From: an uncultured delta proteobacterium
GTDB lineage: Bacteria > Desulfobacterota > Desulfobacteria > Desulfobacterales > Desulfosalsimonadaceae
NCBI GenBank assembly: GCA_963826785.1
Contig: CAWGYD010000006.1
Span: forward strand, 192,001 to 256,000
Length of the DNA stretch: 64,000 bases
Reading direction: 5' to 3'
The position numbers and the translations under genes are program-made. Each line of letters begins with the position of its first letter. Position 1 is the first letter of the stretch. This document shows positions 38,520 to 50,245 of the stretch, one piece after another. Below the pieces are notes generated by a model. The model was not told the DNA's origin and searched no databases. It was given only the letters and a program-made list of their open reading frames with translations.

Positions 38520-39689
38520 TCACAGTTTTTCGCCGCACTGGTTGCAAAACATGGCTTTGGGCAGGTTTTCGCTGCCGCAATTGCCGCATTTCTTCGGGCC
38601 CGGTTTCTCTTCGGCACCGGTCCCGCACCGGGGGCAGAAACGGGCGTTGGCGGACAGGTTCTTTCCGCAGTTCTGGCATTGACGGATGACCAGCTGCTGG
38701 TGGCCGCAGAAGGGGCAGAATTTGGCCTCCGCGGGAATCGTCCCCCGGCAGTCGGGGCATGAGGCAGTGCCGGCCGGCGACGGTCCGGGTCCGGGCGCGC
38801 CCGGGCCGGACGGCATGCCGCCTCCGGAGGGATTTGGACCGGCCCCGGCGAAATACTGCGCGAACATGGCCGGCATCATGAATCCCATCCCCATGCCCAT
38901 TCCCTGCCCGGCGCCGCCTTCCGCAGAGGCGGCTTTTTCCATGGCCATGGCCGCCTTCATCTGCATCAGCTTGTTCATATCGCCAAATACCCCCATGCGG
39001 CTGCGGTCGTCGATGGCCTGCTGGACCTCGGGGGGCGGGGTGATGGCATTGATATACAGGTGGTTGAGCCCCAGACCGAAATGGCTGAAATCTTCTGCCA
39101 GCCGTCCGGCAAGCTTTTCGGACAGCTCGTCATACCGGGAAGGGAGGTTTAAAATGGAATCGATGGTTTCGCCCATGTAATCGTTGAACCGGGACACGAT
39201 CACCCGGTTTAAGTATTCCTCCACCTCGGCGGTGGTGAAAATTCCCTGGGTGCCCACCATGGAATTGACGAACAGGACCGGCTGGACCACCTGCAGGTTG
39301 AATATCCCGAAAGCCCGCAGCCGGATCAGGCCCAGTTCGGAATCCTTGAATGCCACCGGGTCCCGGGTCCCCCATTTCAGGTTGGTGAAGACCTTCATGT
39401 TGACGAAATAGACTTCCGCCCGAAGGGGACTGCTCAGCGCCCAGGGGATGGACATGATCTTGTTGAGCACGGGGATATTGCCGGTCTTTAAAGTATGCCG
39501 GCCCGGTCCGAAAGCTTCGATGGCGTGTCCCTTGTAGAAGAACACCGCCGCCTGGCTGTCCCGGACGGTCAGCTGGGCCCCCCACTTGATTTCACCGGAG
39601 CCCTGCTCCGGGATGCGGTGGACCAGGGATATGCCGGTATCATCAAACCATTCGATATTCTCAAGAAAAATGACATTGTCCATTCCCAT
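38520..39689 (-). CDS. SPFH/Band-7-like (YdjI-type) protein with C-terminal zinc ribbons
   Basis: GAQLTVRDSQAAVF, FGPGRHTL, KWGTRDP, repeated CxxC. Confidence 0.85.
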   Translation of the reverse strand: MGMDNVIFLENIEWFDDTGISLVHRIPEQGSGEIKWGAQLTVRDSQAAVFFYKGHAIEAFGPGRHTLKTGNIPVLNKIMSIPWALSSPLRAEVYFVNMKVFTNLKWGTRDPVAFKDSELGLIRLRAFGIFNLQVVQPVLFVNSMVGTQGIFTTAEVEEYLNRVIVSRFNDYMGETIDSILNLPSRYDELSEKLAGRLAEDFSHFGLGLNHLYINAITPPPEVQQAIDDRSRMGVFGDMNKLMQMKAAMAMEKAASAEGGAGQGMGMGMGFMMPAMFAQYFAGAGPNPSGGGMPSGPGAPGPGPSPAGTASCPDCRGTIPAEAKFCPFCGHQQLVIRQCQNCGKNLSANARFCPRCGTGAEEKPGPKKCGNCGSENLPKAMFCNQCGEKL

Positions 39690-39728
39690 GGGCCAATCCC
39701 TCCTTTTTTCCGTTCGATGGAAGCGCTT

Positions 39729-40121
39729 CTATGGCATCAGGTTGGGGGCGCAGTTGATCAGGGCCGCACGTTCGAGTGCATTTTCCCGATCCTGCTGTAC
39801 CTTCATGTAGGATTCCGAGGAAATCATTTTGATAAACGCAGCCTTGGAGGGATATTCCACCAGGAGCACGTAATCCCATTCATCGCTATTCGTCCCGATG
39901 AACACATGGTTGACGTTTCCGGCCCAGACGACTTTCGCCCCGACCTCCTTTAACAGCGGAAAGACATTTTCGGAATACCGCCGGTAGGACTGGCGGCCGG
40001 ACATGGATCCGTCATCCACTGTTTCCTTGAACTTCAGCAGGTTGACCATGACCATGGGGCCTGCATCCGGCGCGTTGATAAACGCGTCAAACTGCGCTTT
40101 CGTGGGATTGACCGGGCTCAT
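39729..40121 (-). CDS. DUF1330 family protein
   Basis: MVNLLKF, WDYVLLVEYPS..AF. Confidence 0.8.
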   Translation of the reverse strand: MSPVNPTKAQFDAFINAPDAGPMVMVNLLKFKETVDDGSMSGRQSYRRYSENVFPLLKEVGAKVVWAGNVNHVFIGTNSDEWDYVLLVEYPSKAAFIKMISSESYMKVQQDRENALERAALINCAPNLMP

Positions 40122-40400
40122 TTACGCTCCTTTCACTGCACGTGACAATACTTGGATGAAATATCCATATAAAATCAAATTCGTATTAAAAGAGATCCTT
40201 TAGAAGATGCTATTTGCGCCGCCCGATTTTGTCAAGCCCTTTACTGATGTTGCCTTTGAGCATTCCTGACGGTCGCAATTTGATGGGCGCACCGGAATGT
40301 TTATGATGTTAGAAAACCCTTTTGCCGATCCCGGATTCGGGCGCCATTTCCTGAAAGGACATGGCTTCGGGCAATGAAACCAAAGAGAAAAAGGAGACCG

Positions 40401-42362
40401 ATGGATCAATCCAAAAAAAGACCCCGGCCCGGCAACGTTCCGGATACATCATCGTCCTTCCAGGGGTGGTGGTTTCTATTTGTGCTGATGATCGCCTATT
40501 TCGGCTGGAGTCTTTATGCCTCCAATTCCGGATCCGAAAATATCTCCTACACGGATTTTAAATCTTATGTGAAAAACGGGAATGTATCCAAGATCACGGT
40601 CCAGGGCCAGACCATCCGGGGCGAATTCAAGCATCCGGTTCCCCGGAATGAAAATGAAAACAATTCACAAAGCGCAAGTTCCCCGAACGCCAATAAAGCA
40701 TCCGCCAATTCCCAGTCGGAGCCGGGTGCCAAACGATTCGTGACCTATCTCCCCTCATTTAACGATCCCAGCCTGATCAACATTCTGCAGGCCAACCATG
40801 TAGAGATCCAGACCAAGCCCCAATCCAATTCATCCTTCTGGCTGATCTTTCTCATGCTGCTGCCGTTTGTCTTTATCATCTGGATGGGATTTGCCCAGTA
40901 CCGCCGCATGCAGGGACAGGGCGGCGGCGGCGGCGGCTTGTTCTCCATCGGACAGAGCCACGCACGGCTCTACCGGAAAACCCAGGAAAGAACCTCCTTC
41001 GATGACGTGGCCGGCGCCCGGGGAGCCAAAACGGAACTCAAGGAACTGGTCATGTTCTTGAAGGATCCGGAAAAGCTGCGCAACCTGGGGGCCGAGGTTC
41101 CCAAGGGCTATATGCTGGTGGGGCCTCCGGGGACGGGAAAAACCCTGCTTGCCCGTGCCGTGGCCGGGGAAGCCGATGCGCCCTTCTTTTCCATCACCGG
41201 GTCGGATTTCATGGAGATGTTCGTGGGCGTAGGGGCCAAGCGTGTCCGCAGCCTGTTCGCGGATGCCAAGAAAAGCGCCCCCAGCATCATTTTCATCGAC
41301 GAAATCGATGCCATCGGACGGCAGCGGGGGACCGGACTGGGGGGCGGCCACGACGAACGGGAACAGACCTTGAACCAGCTGCTTTCCGAACTGGACGGAT
41401 TTGAACCCAACGAAAATGTGATCGTCATGACCGCCACCAACCGGCCTGACGTGCTCGATCCCGCCCTGATGCGCCCCGGCCGGTTTGACCGGCGCATCGT
41501 GGTGGACCTTCCCTCCACCTCCGACCGGGTGGCGATTTTAGAAATTTATGCCAGGAACAAGCAGCTGGACGCCGATGTGGATTTGAAGCAGACGGCCCAG
41601 GGGACCCCCGGATTTTCAGGCGCCGATCTCAAAAACATGCTCAATGAAGCCGCTCTGCTGGCGGCAAGGCAGGGCCGGAACAATATCGGTCCGGACGACA
41701 TCGAAGAAGCCCGGGACAAAATCATGATGGGACTGGAACGGGAAGGCCTGATGATCACCGATGAGGAAAAAAAGATGGTGGCCTACCACGAAGCCGGGCA
41801 CGCCATCGTGGGCGCATGCCTTCCCCTGGCCGACCGGGTGCACAAGGTCTCCATTGTCCCCCGCAGCCAGTCCATGGGGGTGACCCAGCAGTTTCCCGAC
41901 CACGAAAAATATATCTACAGCCGCCGTTACCTGAACCACCGGCTGGCGGTGATGATGGGCGGCCGCTGCGCCGAAATGATGATTTTTAAAAGCCCCACCA
42001 GCGGCGCCGGCAACGACCTTCAGCAGGCCACCGCCACCGCCCGGAAAATGGTGCTGGAATGGGGAATGAGCGGCCGGTTCGAACACATGGCCATGGGCTC
42101 GCCCCGGGAGCACGTCTTTTTAGGGGAGCAGATGGCCAAGCCCAGGGAATACAGCGAGGCCACCGCCCAGGAAGTGGATCGGGAAGTGGAGGTTCTGCTC
42201 CAGGAGGGCTACTCCACGGCTGAAACCATCCTGAAAAACAACCGCACTGCCTTAGATGAACTTTCAAGTCATCTGGTGGAGGTGGAAGAGGTGCCGGGCC
42301 AATATGTCTATGACCTGCTGGGCCGGCATGCGGAAGAAGGCAAAAAATGCGGCGACGGATAA
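40401..42362 (+). CDS. ftsH: ATP-dependent zinc metalloprotease FtsH
   Basis: Two TM helices, [36 protein letters not shown]. Confidence 0.96.
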   Translation: MDQSKKRPRPGNVPDTSSSFQGWWFLFVLMIAYFGWSLYASNSGSENISYTDFKSYVKNGNVSKITVQGQTIRGEFKHPVPRNENENNSQSASSPNANKASANSQSEPGAKRFVTYLPSFNDPSLINILQANHVEIQTKPQSNSSFWLIFLMLLPFVFIIWMGFAQYRRMQGQGGGGGGLFSIGQSHARLYRKTQERTSFDDVAGARGAKTELKELVMFLKDPEKLRNLGAEVPKGYMLVGPPGTGKTLLARAVAGEADAPFFSITGSDFMEMFVGVGAKRVRSLFADAKKSAPSIIFIDEIDAIGRQRGTGLGGGHDEREQTLNQLLSELDGFEPNENVIVMTATNRPDVLDPALMRPGRFDRRIVVDLPSTSDRVAILEIYARNKQLDADVDLKQTAQGTPGFSGADLKNMLNEAALLAARQGRNNIGPDDIEEARDKIMMGLEREGLMITDEEKKMVAYHEAGHAIVGACLPLADRVHKVSIVPRSQSMGVTQQFPDHEKYIYSRRYLNHRLAVMMGGRCAEMMIFKSPTSGAGNDLQQATATARKMVLEWGMSGRFEHMAMGSPREHVFLGEQMAKPREYSEATAQEVDREVEVLLQEGYSTAETILKNNRTALDELSSHLVEVEEVPGQYVYDLLGRHAEEGKKCGDG

Positions 42363-42372
42363 CAAATTTAGC

Positions 42373-42405
42373 GTCGAAAGGTGACAAAGTTTGTCACCTT
42401 TCGAC
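42373..42405. terminator. Perfect 33-bp palindrome after ftsH (terminator or binding site)
   Basis: GTCGAAAGGTGACAAA-G-TTTGTCACCTTTCGAC. Confidence 0.55.
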
Positions 42406-42707
42406 AATCTGTATATAAAATCATAACTTCAGGCAGCCCTTCCTGCCCCCTGCCCGGCGAAAATTCATCCAGCGATAAAAACGGGCCGCTCACTTTCTTT
42501 TAACTTTTCCCACGGTCCGCCACCACTGGATACCACAGGTACGGGTACCCGGTCATTTTCATCTTTCCGGGGACACGTGGTTTCTTTTGTTTTCCCCCGA
42601 CAATCAATTCAATTCACTGGCAGCGGTCCTTTGCCGATACTTCAACGGATGGTTTTGCCGCCGGCGGATATCGCCCATGGAGGCCCCGCCGGATGATCAC
42701 CTGACAA

Positions 42708-42723
42708 TGGCATATATTGTGCA
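42708..42723 (+). promoter_or_regulatory. Putative sigma-54 promoter
   Basis: TGGCATATATTGTGCA, with GG-N10-GC spacing, about 50 bp upstream of the kinase start. Confidence 0.55.
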
Positions 42724-42774
42724 ACATGCGAATAGAACTTTTAATTAAACGCCGTTTCATCATTTTCGTGAGCC

Positions 42775-44986
42775 ATGTCGATTCGCACCAAAATTGGCAT
42801 CATCCTCCTGCTCGCCGTATTCGGGATCGGTATTGCCGAATACTGCATCCAGCGGTGCGTCGTCCTTCCCGGTTTTTTTGAACTGGAGCAGGAGGAAGCG
42901 CGTGAAGACGCCCACAGGCTGGTGAAAAACGTTGAAAATGAAATCAATCACCTGGGCAGGGTCTGCACGGACTGGGCACAATGGGACGACACCTATGCAT
43001 TCATGGAAAACCATTCTCCCCGGTATATCCAATCCAACCTGGTGCCGGAGACCTTCATCAACAACCGCATCAACCTGATCTGCATTTACAGCCTCTCCGG
43101 CCATCCGGAGTACTCCCGGATCTATGATCTGAAAAGTCAAGTCCCCTTATGTTTCAACCGCTTTTCCCGAAGAGGGTCTGCCGGAGGGTCACCCAATTTT
43201 CCCCCGGCTTCCGCTGAAGCCGGAGGATTATCCCATCAAAGGCTTTCTCGCCACTGACATGGGTCCCATGATGGTGTGGGCCAACCTGATCCTGACCAGC
43301 ACTGCAAAAGGTCCTCCCCGGGGGCTGTTGGTCATGGGGCGGCTGATGGATGATCAATTGGCGGGCAGCGTATCCGGGACCACCGGGATTAGAATCGAAA
43401 CGCTTCCCGCGGCCGGAAAATCACTCCCCTGGCATGAACAGCCCTCGGGCAGCACTGCGGCGATTGCGATTGAATCCGCCAGCAGTTCGCTTCTAAAAGT
43501 TCATGCGATTTTCCCGTACCTTTCGGGAAAAGAGGCTTTTTGCCTCACCGAGGCCATTCCTCGAAATATCGTCGCCAAGGGCTATGTCATTGTCCGCTAT
43601 GAAATGGTGTCTCTCCTGATCGCCGGCCTGTTTATTCTGATACTGGTGCTCATCGGACTGGAAAGATCCGTGCTCAGCCCGCTGGCGCTATTTACGACGC
43701 ATGCCCGCCGGATCGAAGAAACCATGGATTATACGCGGCGGCTCTCCTTTACCCGCAAGGATGAAATCGGGGTCATGGCCCGGGCTTTTGACAAGATGGT
43801 CTCCAGAATACAGATGTCCCTGGAGCGGCTGAAAATCTTAAATGATCACCTGCAGGACGATATTGAGAAACGAAAACAGGCGGAGAATGCCTTGAAGGAA
43901 AGTGAGGAGCGGTTTCGGCTGGTGGTGGAGCAGGCGCCGGACGCGGTTTTCGTCCATGACCTGTCCGGACGGTTCCGTATGGTCAATCAGGAGGCCTGCC
44001 GGCGGCTGGGATACGAGCGCCACGAACTGCTGAACCAGTCGGTGGCGCTCATCGATCCGGATTACAGCCGCCGGGACGATCCGAATACCTACTGGCGTCA
44101 TATCGATCAGGGCGCCCCGGTCATCTTCGAATCCCGTCACATCAATAAAGAAGGGTCGTACCTGTCCGTGGAAGTGAGCTTGAGCCCTATTCTATACCAG
44201 GGTGAAAAACTGATTCTGGCCATGGTCCGGGATATCTCCGAAAGAAAGCAGCTGGAAGAACGCATCCGGTATGCGCATAAAATGGAAGCCATGAGCACCC
44301 TTACTGCTGGAATCGCTCATAATTTCAACAATATTTTGTCCGTCATCGTCGGCAATACCGACCTGGCCAAATACCAGGCGGCGGACAACGGCAAGGCCGG
44401 CGCATCGCTAAACAATATTGAAAAGGCCTGCCTGCGGGCCAAGGAAATTGTCTGGCAGCTGATCAGCTTCAGCCAGGACTCCATAAACCCGATGAAGGTC
44501 ATTTCCCTCCCGTCAACTGTTGTCGATGCGATCTCTCAAATGGAAGCCGCGCTGCCGACTCACATTCAGCTCAAGACCGCCATTCAGGAAAATTGCCGCC
44601 CCATCATCGGATCGGCCGAACAGATCCGCCAGCTCATTGTCAGCCTGTGGCAAAATGCAGTGGAAGCTATCGGCGAAAGTCAGGGCACCATCGACATTTG
44701 CATGGAAAACATCACCGTCGGAGATACGCCCGCCCTTCCCGCAAGCAGCGATCTGCCGGCCGGCGGCTACGTTCGCATCACCTTCGCCGACACGGGCTGC
44801 GGCATCGAAAGCAAACACATGGACCGGATCTTTGACCCGTACTTTACCACCAAAAATTTTGCCAACGGCGCCGGCATGGGATTGTCCATCGTCTACGGCA
44901 TCGTCAAGAGCAACCGGGGGGCCATCCGCGTGGACAGCAAACCGGGAGGGGGGACCCGGTTTACCATCTATTTTCCGGTGAAATAA
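42775..44986 (+). pseudogene. CHASE4-HAMP-PAS histidine kinase split by a +1 frameshift
   Basis: DWAQWDDTYAF (CHASE4) in 42775-43257; the +1 frame is open from 43133 through the HAMP, PAS, AHNFNN and GMGLSIVYG motifs. Confidence 0.75.
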
Positions 44987-45003
44987 GAGATTTACATGGG
45001 CGG

Positions 45004-46224
45004 TCAACTTTCAAAAGTAACGGCGGTCTTGATGGCCCGGTGCCTGGATTTTTCGAGGTTGGTTTCAATCAGGGCTTCGTAATCGTCTATGGCAAACTTG
45101 TGGGTGAGCATTTTTTCCATTTTGATCTTTTTGTTTGCCACCATGTCGATGGCCATTTCAAAGACATGTTTTTTCCCGCCGCCCGTGTCGGTCATGCCGT
45201 AGGCGAACACGCCCTTTACGGTCTGGAGCTTCAGCCAGAGCGGGGTGAGGTCCAGCTTGACATCGTGGCCGATCCCCACGATGCTCAGCACGCCGCCCAC
45301 GGCCATGCAGCGCATGGCGGTATTGAGGGTGCCGCTGTTTCCCACGCAGTCGAATACGCGATTAAACCCGCCCATGAGGATGTCCTGGCCCATCATCGGC
45401 TTGTATCTTCTGGCGCCGGTGATTTTCACCGTGCCGGAAAACAGGTCCCCGTCCGTGATCAGGTGGTGGGCCCCGGCCGATCTGGCCATTTCAGCGGAAA
45501 ACGGCGAGGGCTCGGAAACCGTCACGGTGCACCCGCAATCCAGGGCGGAGATCACCTGCACGATCAGCGTGCCGATCACGCCGCCGCCGATGACCAGCAC
45601 CTGGTCCTCTTTTCCGGGCCGATTCTCCAGCACAGCCGCCAGAGCCACGGAAAGCGGCTCGATCATGGCCCCTTCCTCCGTTAAGACCCCTTCGGGCAGG
45701 ACGAACACCTGGCTTTCATGGGCCACAAGGTATGGCGCAAACCCGCCGCCGATCTCGCTGCAGATGCCGCTGAACATTCCCGGCGCCAGTTTTCCTTCGG
45801 CGAAATTTTCGCAGCTTCCCACCCGGCCGGTGCGGCAGGCCCGGCATTCGGGCTCGATCTGCCGGGGGCGGCAGTTGAGATGCGGTGCGATGGTCACCCG
45901 GTCGCCGACGTTGACTTTTTTTACCGCAGGGCCCGCCTCTTCGATATCGCCGCACACTTCATGCCCCATCACGCAGGGAAACGATCCGAACGGGCTGGCG
46001 GTGGGGGAATCTCTCAAGAAGATCAGGTTCAGGTCGCTGGCGCAAAATCCCGTCAGGCGGGTTTTGATCTTCACCCAGTCCGGACCGGGAAGGACCGGAT
46101 CGGCAATATCATCGAGTGAAACAGTGGCCAGCCTTCCCCTGTAGTAAACCTCTTTTTTAAACGTTCCCAGGGCCTTTAGCGCCAGCCATCGGGGGACATT
46201 GACATTAAACCGGAGTGCTTTCAT
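45004..46224 (-). CDS. Zn-dependent medium-chain alcohol dehydrogenase
   Basis: FCASD, GHEVCG, structural-Zn cysteines, GGGVIG. Confidence 0.9.
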   Translation of the reverse strand: MKALRFNVNVPRWLALKALGTFKKEVYYRGRLATVSLDDIADPVLPGPDWVKIKTRLTGFCASDLNLIFLRDSPTASPFGSFPCVMGHEVCGDIEEAGPAVKKVNVGDRVTIAPHLNCRPRQIEPECRACRTGRVGSCENFAEGKLAPGMFSGICSEIGGGFAPYLVAHESQVFVLPEGVLTEEGAMIEPLSVALAAVLENRPGKEDQVLVIGGGVIGTLIVQVISALDCGCTVTVSEPSPFSAEMARSAGAHHLITDGDLFSGTVKITGARRYKPMMGQDILMGGFNRVFDCVGNSGTLNTAMRCMAVGGVLSIVGIGHDVKLDLTPLWLKLQTVKGVFAYGMTDTGGGKKHVFEMAIDMVANKKIKMEKMLTHKFAIDDYEALIETNLEKSRHRAIKTAVTFES

Positions 46225-46487
46225 ACCATTTCTCCCTTTGCGGAAAGTAAACTGGAAATACGATCAGGTCGCGTGCCGATGTCCCGGCCGGCGGAAAAAC
46301 CGGGTGTTAAAAAATTTGAATATCAGCGCCAAATACCCATTTATAATCCGGGAATGGCGGCCGATCAAGTGCTTTTGGAAATACGCCTGGCGGCGGTTGG
46401 CGTTTTGACCAAATGTATTATCTTCTAAGAGTAGTGATTTTTATGCACCTGAATTCAAAGGTGATCGGATAACCTCTCACAAACCTG

Positions 46488-47576
46488 ATGGTGACAGCCA
46501 TGATGATATGGAGCCTGATTTCCGGCATCGCGGGTGCCGGCACGACCGAAACGACATCGCCGGATGCAGACCGGCTGAAAACAGCCACTTTTGCCGGCGG
46601 ATGCTTCTGGTGCGTTCAAGCGCCTTTTGAAAAAATAGACGGTGTGGTCAATGTGGTTTCCGGCTATACCGGAGGGGAAACAGAAAATCCCACCTACCCG
46701 GAAGTCTCCTCCGGCACCACCGGCCATCTCGAAGCCGTTCAGATCACCTATGATCCCGGTAAAGTGACCTACGAAGAATTGCTGGCGGTATTCTGGCGCC
46801 AGATCGATCCCACCGACCCGGGCGGATCATTCGTCGACCGGGGCAGCCAGTACCGGTCGGCCATTTTCTACCATGATGATCAGCAAAAGAGGGCAGCGGA
46901 GCAGTCGAAAGCGGAACTGGCGCAAAACGGGCCCTTCCATCAGCCCATCGCCACTGAAATCATCCCTCTTACGCATTTTTACCCTGCTGAAGACTATCAC
47001 CAGAATTATCACCGGAACCATTCCATCCGGTACACATATTATCGCCACGGTTCGGGAAGGGATCAATTCCTGAAAAAAATCTGGGGCGAGATCAAAGACC
47101 CGAATGACATCATCGCGCAAACCCGCAATCCGCATCAATCATATGAACGGCCCGCCGATGCGGCGCTGCGGGAGAAACTGTCGCCGATGCAGTATGCCGT
47201 GACCCGCGAGAATAAGACCGAACCGCCCTTTGCCAACGCCTATCACGATCATAAAAAAGAGGGGATTTACGTGGACATTGTCTCGGGAGAGCCGTTGTTT
47301 TCGTCCACAGACAAGTTTGACTCCGGCACCGGCTGGCCCAGTTTTGTCCGGCCCATAACAGATGATGCCGTGGTGGAAAAGGAAGACCAAAGCCTTTTTT
47401 CCGTCCGCACGGAGGTTCGCAGCCGGCAGGCCGACTCCCACCTGGGGCACGTGTTTTCAGACGGTCCGCCGCCCACCGGGCAGCGCTACTGCATGAACTC
47501 GGCGGCAATGCGGTTTGTGCCCAAAGCGGATCTGGAGAAGGAAGGATACGGGGAGTTCCTCAAGCTGTTTAACTGA
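46488..47576 (+). CDS. msrAB: Exported bifunctional methionine sulfoxide reductase MsrA/MsrB
   Basis: [38 protein letters not shown]. Confidence 0.95.
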   Translation: MVTAMMIWSLISGIAGAGTTETTSPDADRLKTATFAGGCFWCVQAPFEKIDGVVNVVSGYTGGETENPTYPEVSSGTTGHLEAVQITYDPGKVTYEELLAVFWRQIDPTDPGGSFVDRGSQYRSAIFYHDDQQKRAAEQSKAELAQNGPFHQPIATEIIPLTHFYPAEDYHQNYHRNHSIRYTYYRHGSGRDQFLKKIWGEIKDPNDIIAQTRNPHQSYERPADAALREKLSPMQYAVTRENKTEPPFANAYHDHKKEGIYVDIVSGEPLFSSTDKFDSGTGWPSFVRPITDDAVVEKEDQSLFSVRTEVRSRQADSHLGHVFSDGPPPTGQRYCMNSAAMRFVPKADLEKEGYGEFLKLFN

Positions 47577-47612
47577 TCGCTTCCGGTATTAAATGCGAAA
47601 TGACCAATTGAG

Positions 47613-48920
47613 TTACTTATGACTTTGCAAAACCGGCCTGGGCTCCTCGTAGACGGTGGTTTTCTTCTGCAGCCGCTCAAAGTCGATCATTCCGCCCCAT
47701 CCGGTTTTCAAGGTATCGGCCAGGATTTTATCGAAATAGCCCTTTGCCACCAGGTTGCCGGACCCGTCTGCGATGTCCTGGAGAATGGGTGCGGGGCCGC
47801 AGTCGGTATATTTTTCAATGACGGCATTGCTCTTTTCGTTTTCAAACACCTTGTAACCGGTAATGTACGGGAAGTAACCCTCCAGCAGGCTGATCCCCTT
47901 GACCAGCTTCTTAAACCGCCGGTTCCGGGTGACCGTATACAAAACCTTGTAGGCGGTTTTCTGCGCGTTGATCATGGAATAGAAAAACCATCGGGGGACG
48001 AACCGGATCCTGGGAATGACCCGGCCTTCCACCGGATCATGGTTCACATAATAATTATACCCGACGTGATGCAGGTACCCGATGGGGACGGCATTTTTAC
48101 CTGCCGCCAGCCGCACGACGCCCTGGTGATAACGGTCGCCGTCCATGATGGCCGCGACCACCCGGGCCACCCAGTCCACGGGAACGATATCCAGGGTGTT
48201 GTCCGCGGCGGTCAGGAAAGGGAGCTTGCCCATGTATCCCAGCATCATCACGATGTAATGGAGGTTGTAGGTCCTGGTCCGCCCGGTCCGGGCCGAGCCG
48301 CCGATGATGGTGGGCTCGAAAATGACGATCCGGTCGTTATGGGCGCCGATTTTTTCCAGGATAAAGCGCTTGGCTTCGGCTTTGGTGGTGGCATAGGTGT
48401 TGTCCGGTTCGCCGGGATGAAAGGCCGGGAAATCCTCCGGGATGGGCTTCTTGTAAATCCCGTAGGCATACCCGGTGGAAATATAATAAAGGGTGGGGTC
48501 CGGCTGACCGTTGTTTTGCCGGTGGGCCTTGATGGCGTCGAATAATTCATAAATTTTCCGGGTGAAGACCACGTTGGGAATCCGGATCTTCTCATAGGGC
48601 TGATCAAACCGGACGTCTGCGGCCCCGTGTAGAATCTTTCCGGTGCATTCCACCAGTTCGGTGTAGATATCCGGATCGATCCCCATTTTTTCTTTTTCGA
48701 TGTCGATTTCCACCAGCCGGGACGCGTCCATGAGATTGCGCTTCAAGTTGTGCTCCAAATCCATGGAATCGATCACCCTTTCAAAGCGCTGCTGAATCCC
48801 GTTTCCTTTGGAATCTGAACGGATGGCAAAATAAAACCGGGCATCGGCTTCCTTTTTCATCAACTCTTCGATAACGACCGGGACCACCGTGCCGGTTATG
48901 CCGGTGACAAAATAGATCAT
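47613..48920 (-). CDS. Extended SDR, fatty-acyl-CoA/thioester reductase-like (NAD_binding_4)
   Basis: FVTGITG, HGAADVRFD, YISTGY, YATTK, DIVPVDWVA. Confidence 0.75.
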   Translation of the reverse strand: MIYFVTGITGTVVPVVIEELMKKEADARFYFAIRSDSKGNGIQQRFERVIDSMDLEHNLKRNLMDASRLVEIDIEKEKMGIDPDIYTELVECTGKILHGAADVRFDQPYEKIRIPNVVFTRKIYELFDAIKAHRQNNGQPDPTLYYISTGYAYGIYKKPIPEDFPAFHPGEPDNTYATTKAEAKRFILEKIGAHNDRIVIFEPTIIGGSARTGRTRTYNLHYIVMMLGYMGKLPFLTAADNTLDIVPVDWVARVVAAIMDGDRYHQGVVRLAAGKNAVPIGYLHHVGYNYYVNHDPVEGRVIPRIRFVPRWFFYSMINAQKTAYKVLYTVTRNRRFKKLVKGISLLEGYFPYITGYKVFENEKSNAVIEKYTDCGPAPILQDIADGSGNLVAKGYFDKILADTLKTGWGGMIDFERLQKKTTVYEEPRPVLQSHK

Positions 48921-48950
48921 AAAACCCCCTTTGTATCGAGCGAAAGCATA

Positions 48951-50015
48951 TTAGAAGACATTGGCCAGCTTGAATACGGAGATGAGTTTGACCGCCGGCA
49001 GAAACCATTTATGGGCGCAGTAGAATTTATTTTCCCGGCCCATGAAACGGGATTTGGTGAAACTGATGCCCTTGAAGTTGTAGATGAAATTGCCGTAGCG
49101 GAAGATGAGCCGTTCGATGTTTTTCAGCAGCAGGGCCTCACTCTTCTTGTCCGCTTCGTCCAGCACCAGGATGGACAGCCCCAGGTTGATCTCCCCGAGG
49201 CCTTCTTGTTTGAACTGGTCCATGGCCGTCAGCATGATGGCATAGAAGATGCCCTGGCGAAATTCATGTGAAAACCTGGAGATGTTGGGAACATAGCTGA
49301 TGATTTTTCCATCCTGATAGACCGGATCGAAAAAGATGAACCCGATGATCTCGCCATCGAGATAGGCGAAAAACTTGCGGGTTTCATGCTGGTGGTCCAT
49401 GTTCATGGGCCGGATCAAAAATCCGATCTCCCGGTTCTTGATTTTGCGGGTGGACATCCAGTTTTTCGACAGCTCATGATAGCAGTTTTCACCGGGGCAT
49501 TCCCTGATCTCCACCCCCATTTTCTTCGCCTGGTTCAACGCGGTGCGCAGCACCTGCTTTTTCTTGCCGGAAATGCTCCAGGTGTTTAGGTCGATGATGG
49601 TCTCGATGCCGAACTGGGTGGCATAATACCCGAACTGGTGATGCATCAGGTCGGCCACCGGCTCGGTGATCTGGATGAACCCGGTGCGGGGGTGGATCTT
49701 TAAAAAATCGCCGATCAGGCGCTCCCGATCCCCATCGGCGCACACGGGATCAGACAGCACCATGGCGGATCCCCACTTTGGCATGAAGGCGATAAACCCT
49801 TTTCCCGGCACATCGAAATACTGCATGCCCGGCTGCAGGGTGGAAAACGACATGCAATGGTTGCCGTAGGCACGGATATAATCGAGGCGCTCCTGAAAAT
49901 GAAACCGGTTTACCGATCCGGTGACGGCGATTTTTTCCGGAAAATGGATAACCCGGGGCAGGGCAAGTTCGCCTGCCGGGCGAATCATTTCAGAGATCTG
50001 GGCGGTCGGCGGCAT
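48951..50015 (-). CDS. Stand-alone DUF2156 / aminoacyl-phosphatidylglycerol-synthase C-terminal-like (tRNA-dependent aminoacyl transferase) domain
   Basis: VLSDPVC, IDL..WSISGKKKQVLR, FKQEG..INLGLS, IYNFKGISFTKSRF; no TM flippase domain. Confidence 0.75.
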   Translation of the reverse strand: MPPTAQISEMIRPAGELALPRVIHFPEKIAVTGSVNRFHFQERLDYIRAYGNHCMSFSTLQPGMQYFDVPGKGFIAFMPKWGSAMVLSDPVCADGDRERLIGDFLKIHPRTGFIQITEPVADLMHHQFGYYATQFGIETIIDLNTWSISGKKKQVLRTALNQAKKMGVEIRECPGENCYHELSKNWMSTRKIKNREIGFLIRPMNMDHQHETRKFFAYLDGEIIGFIFFDPVYQDGKIISYVPNISRFSHEFRQGIFYAIMLTAMDQFKQEGLGEINLGLSILVLDEADKKSEALLLKNIERLIFRYGNFIYNFKGISFTKSRFMGRENKFYCAHKWFLPAVKLISVFKLANVF

Positions 50016-50245
50016 ATTGTCAACTCCCGTTATTTATCGTTTCCTGATACCCTTTTCAGGGCCCCTTTCGATGAATAATAGGATTACACATTTCAGACAA
50101 CATGCAACGCTAAAAGAATGCGGGGCGATTACTAGGTAAAATCTAGTAGGCTAACGGCGGGAATCCTGGAAAGATCTGAAAATATAAAGTTATCACCCGT
50201 TGAGATTTTCAGATCGGTAAAAATCGGGGATCTATAATTTACGCA

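Noticed and set aside
46488..47576. Selenocysteine in MsrA/MsrB
   Set aside because: The catalytic positions are ordinary Cys codons and the frame has no internal UGA
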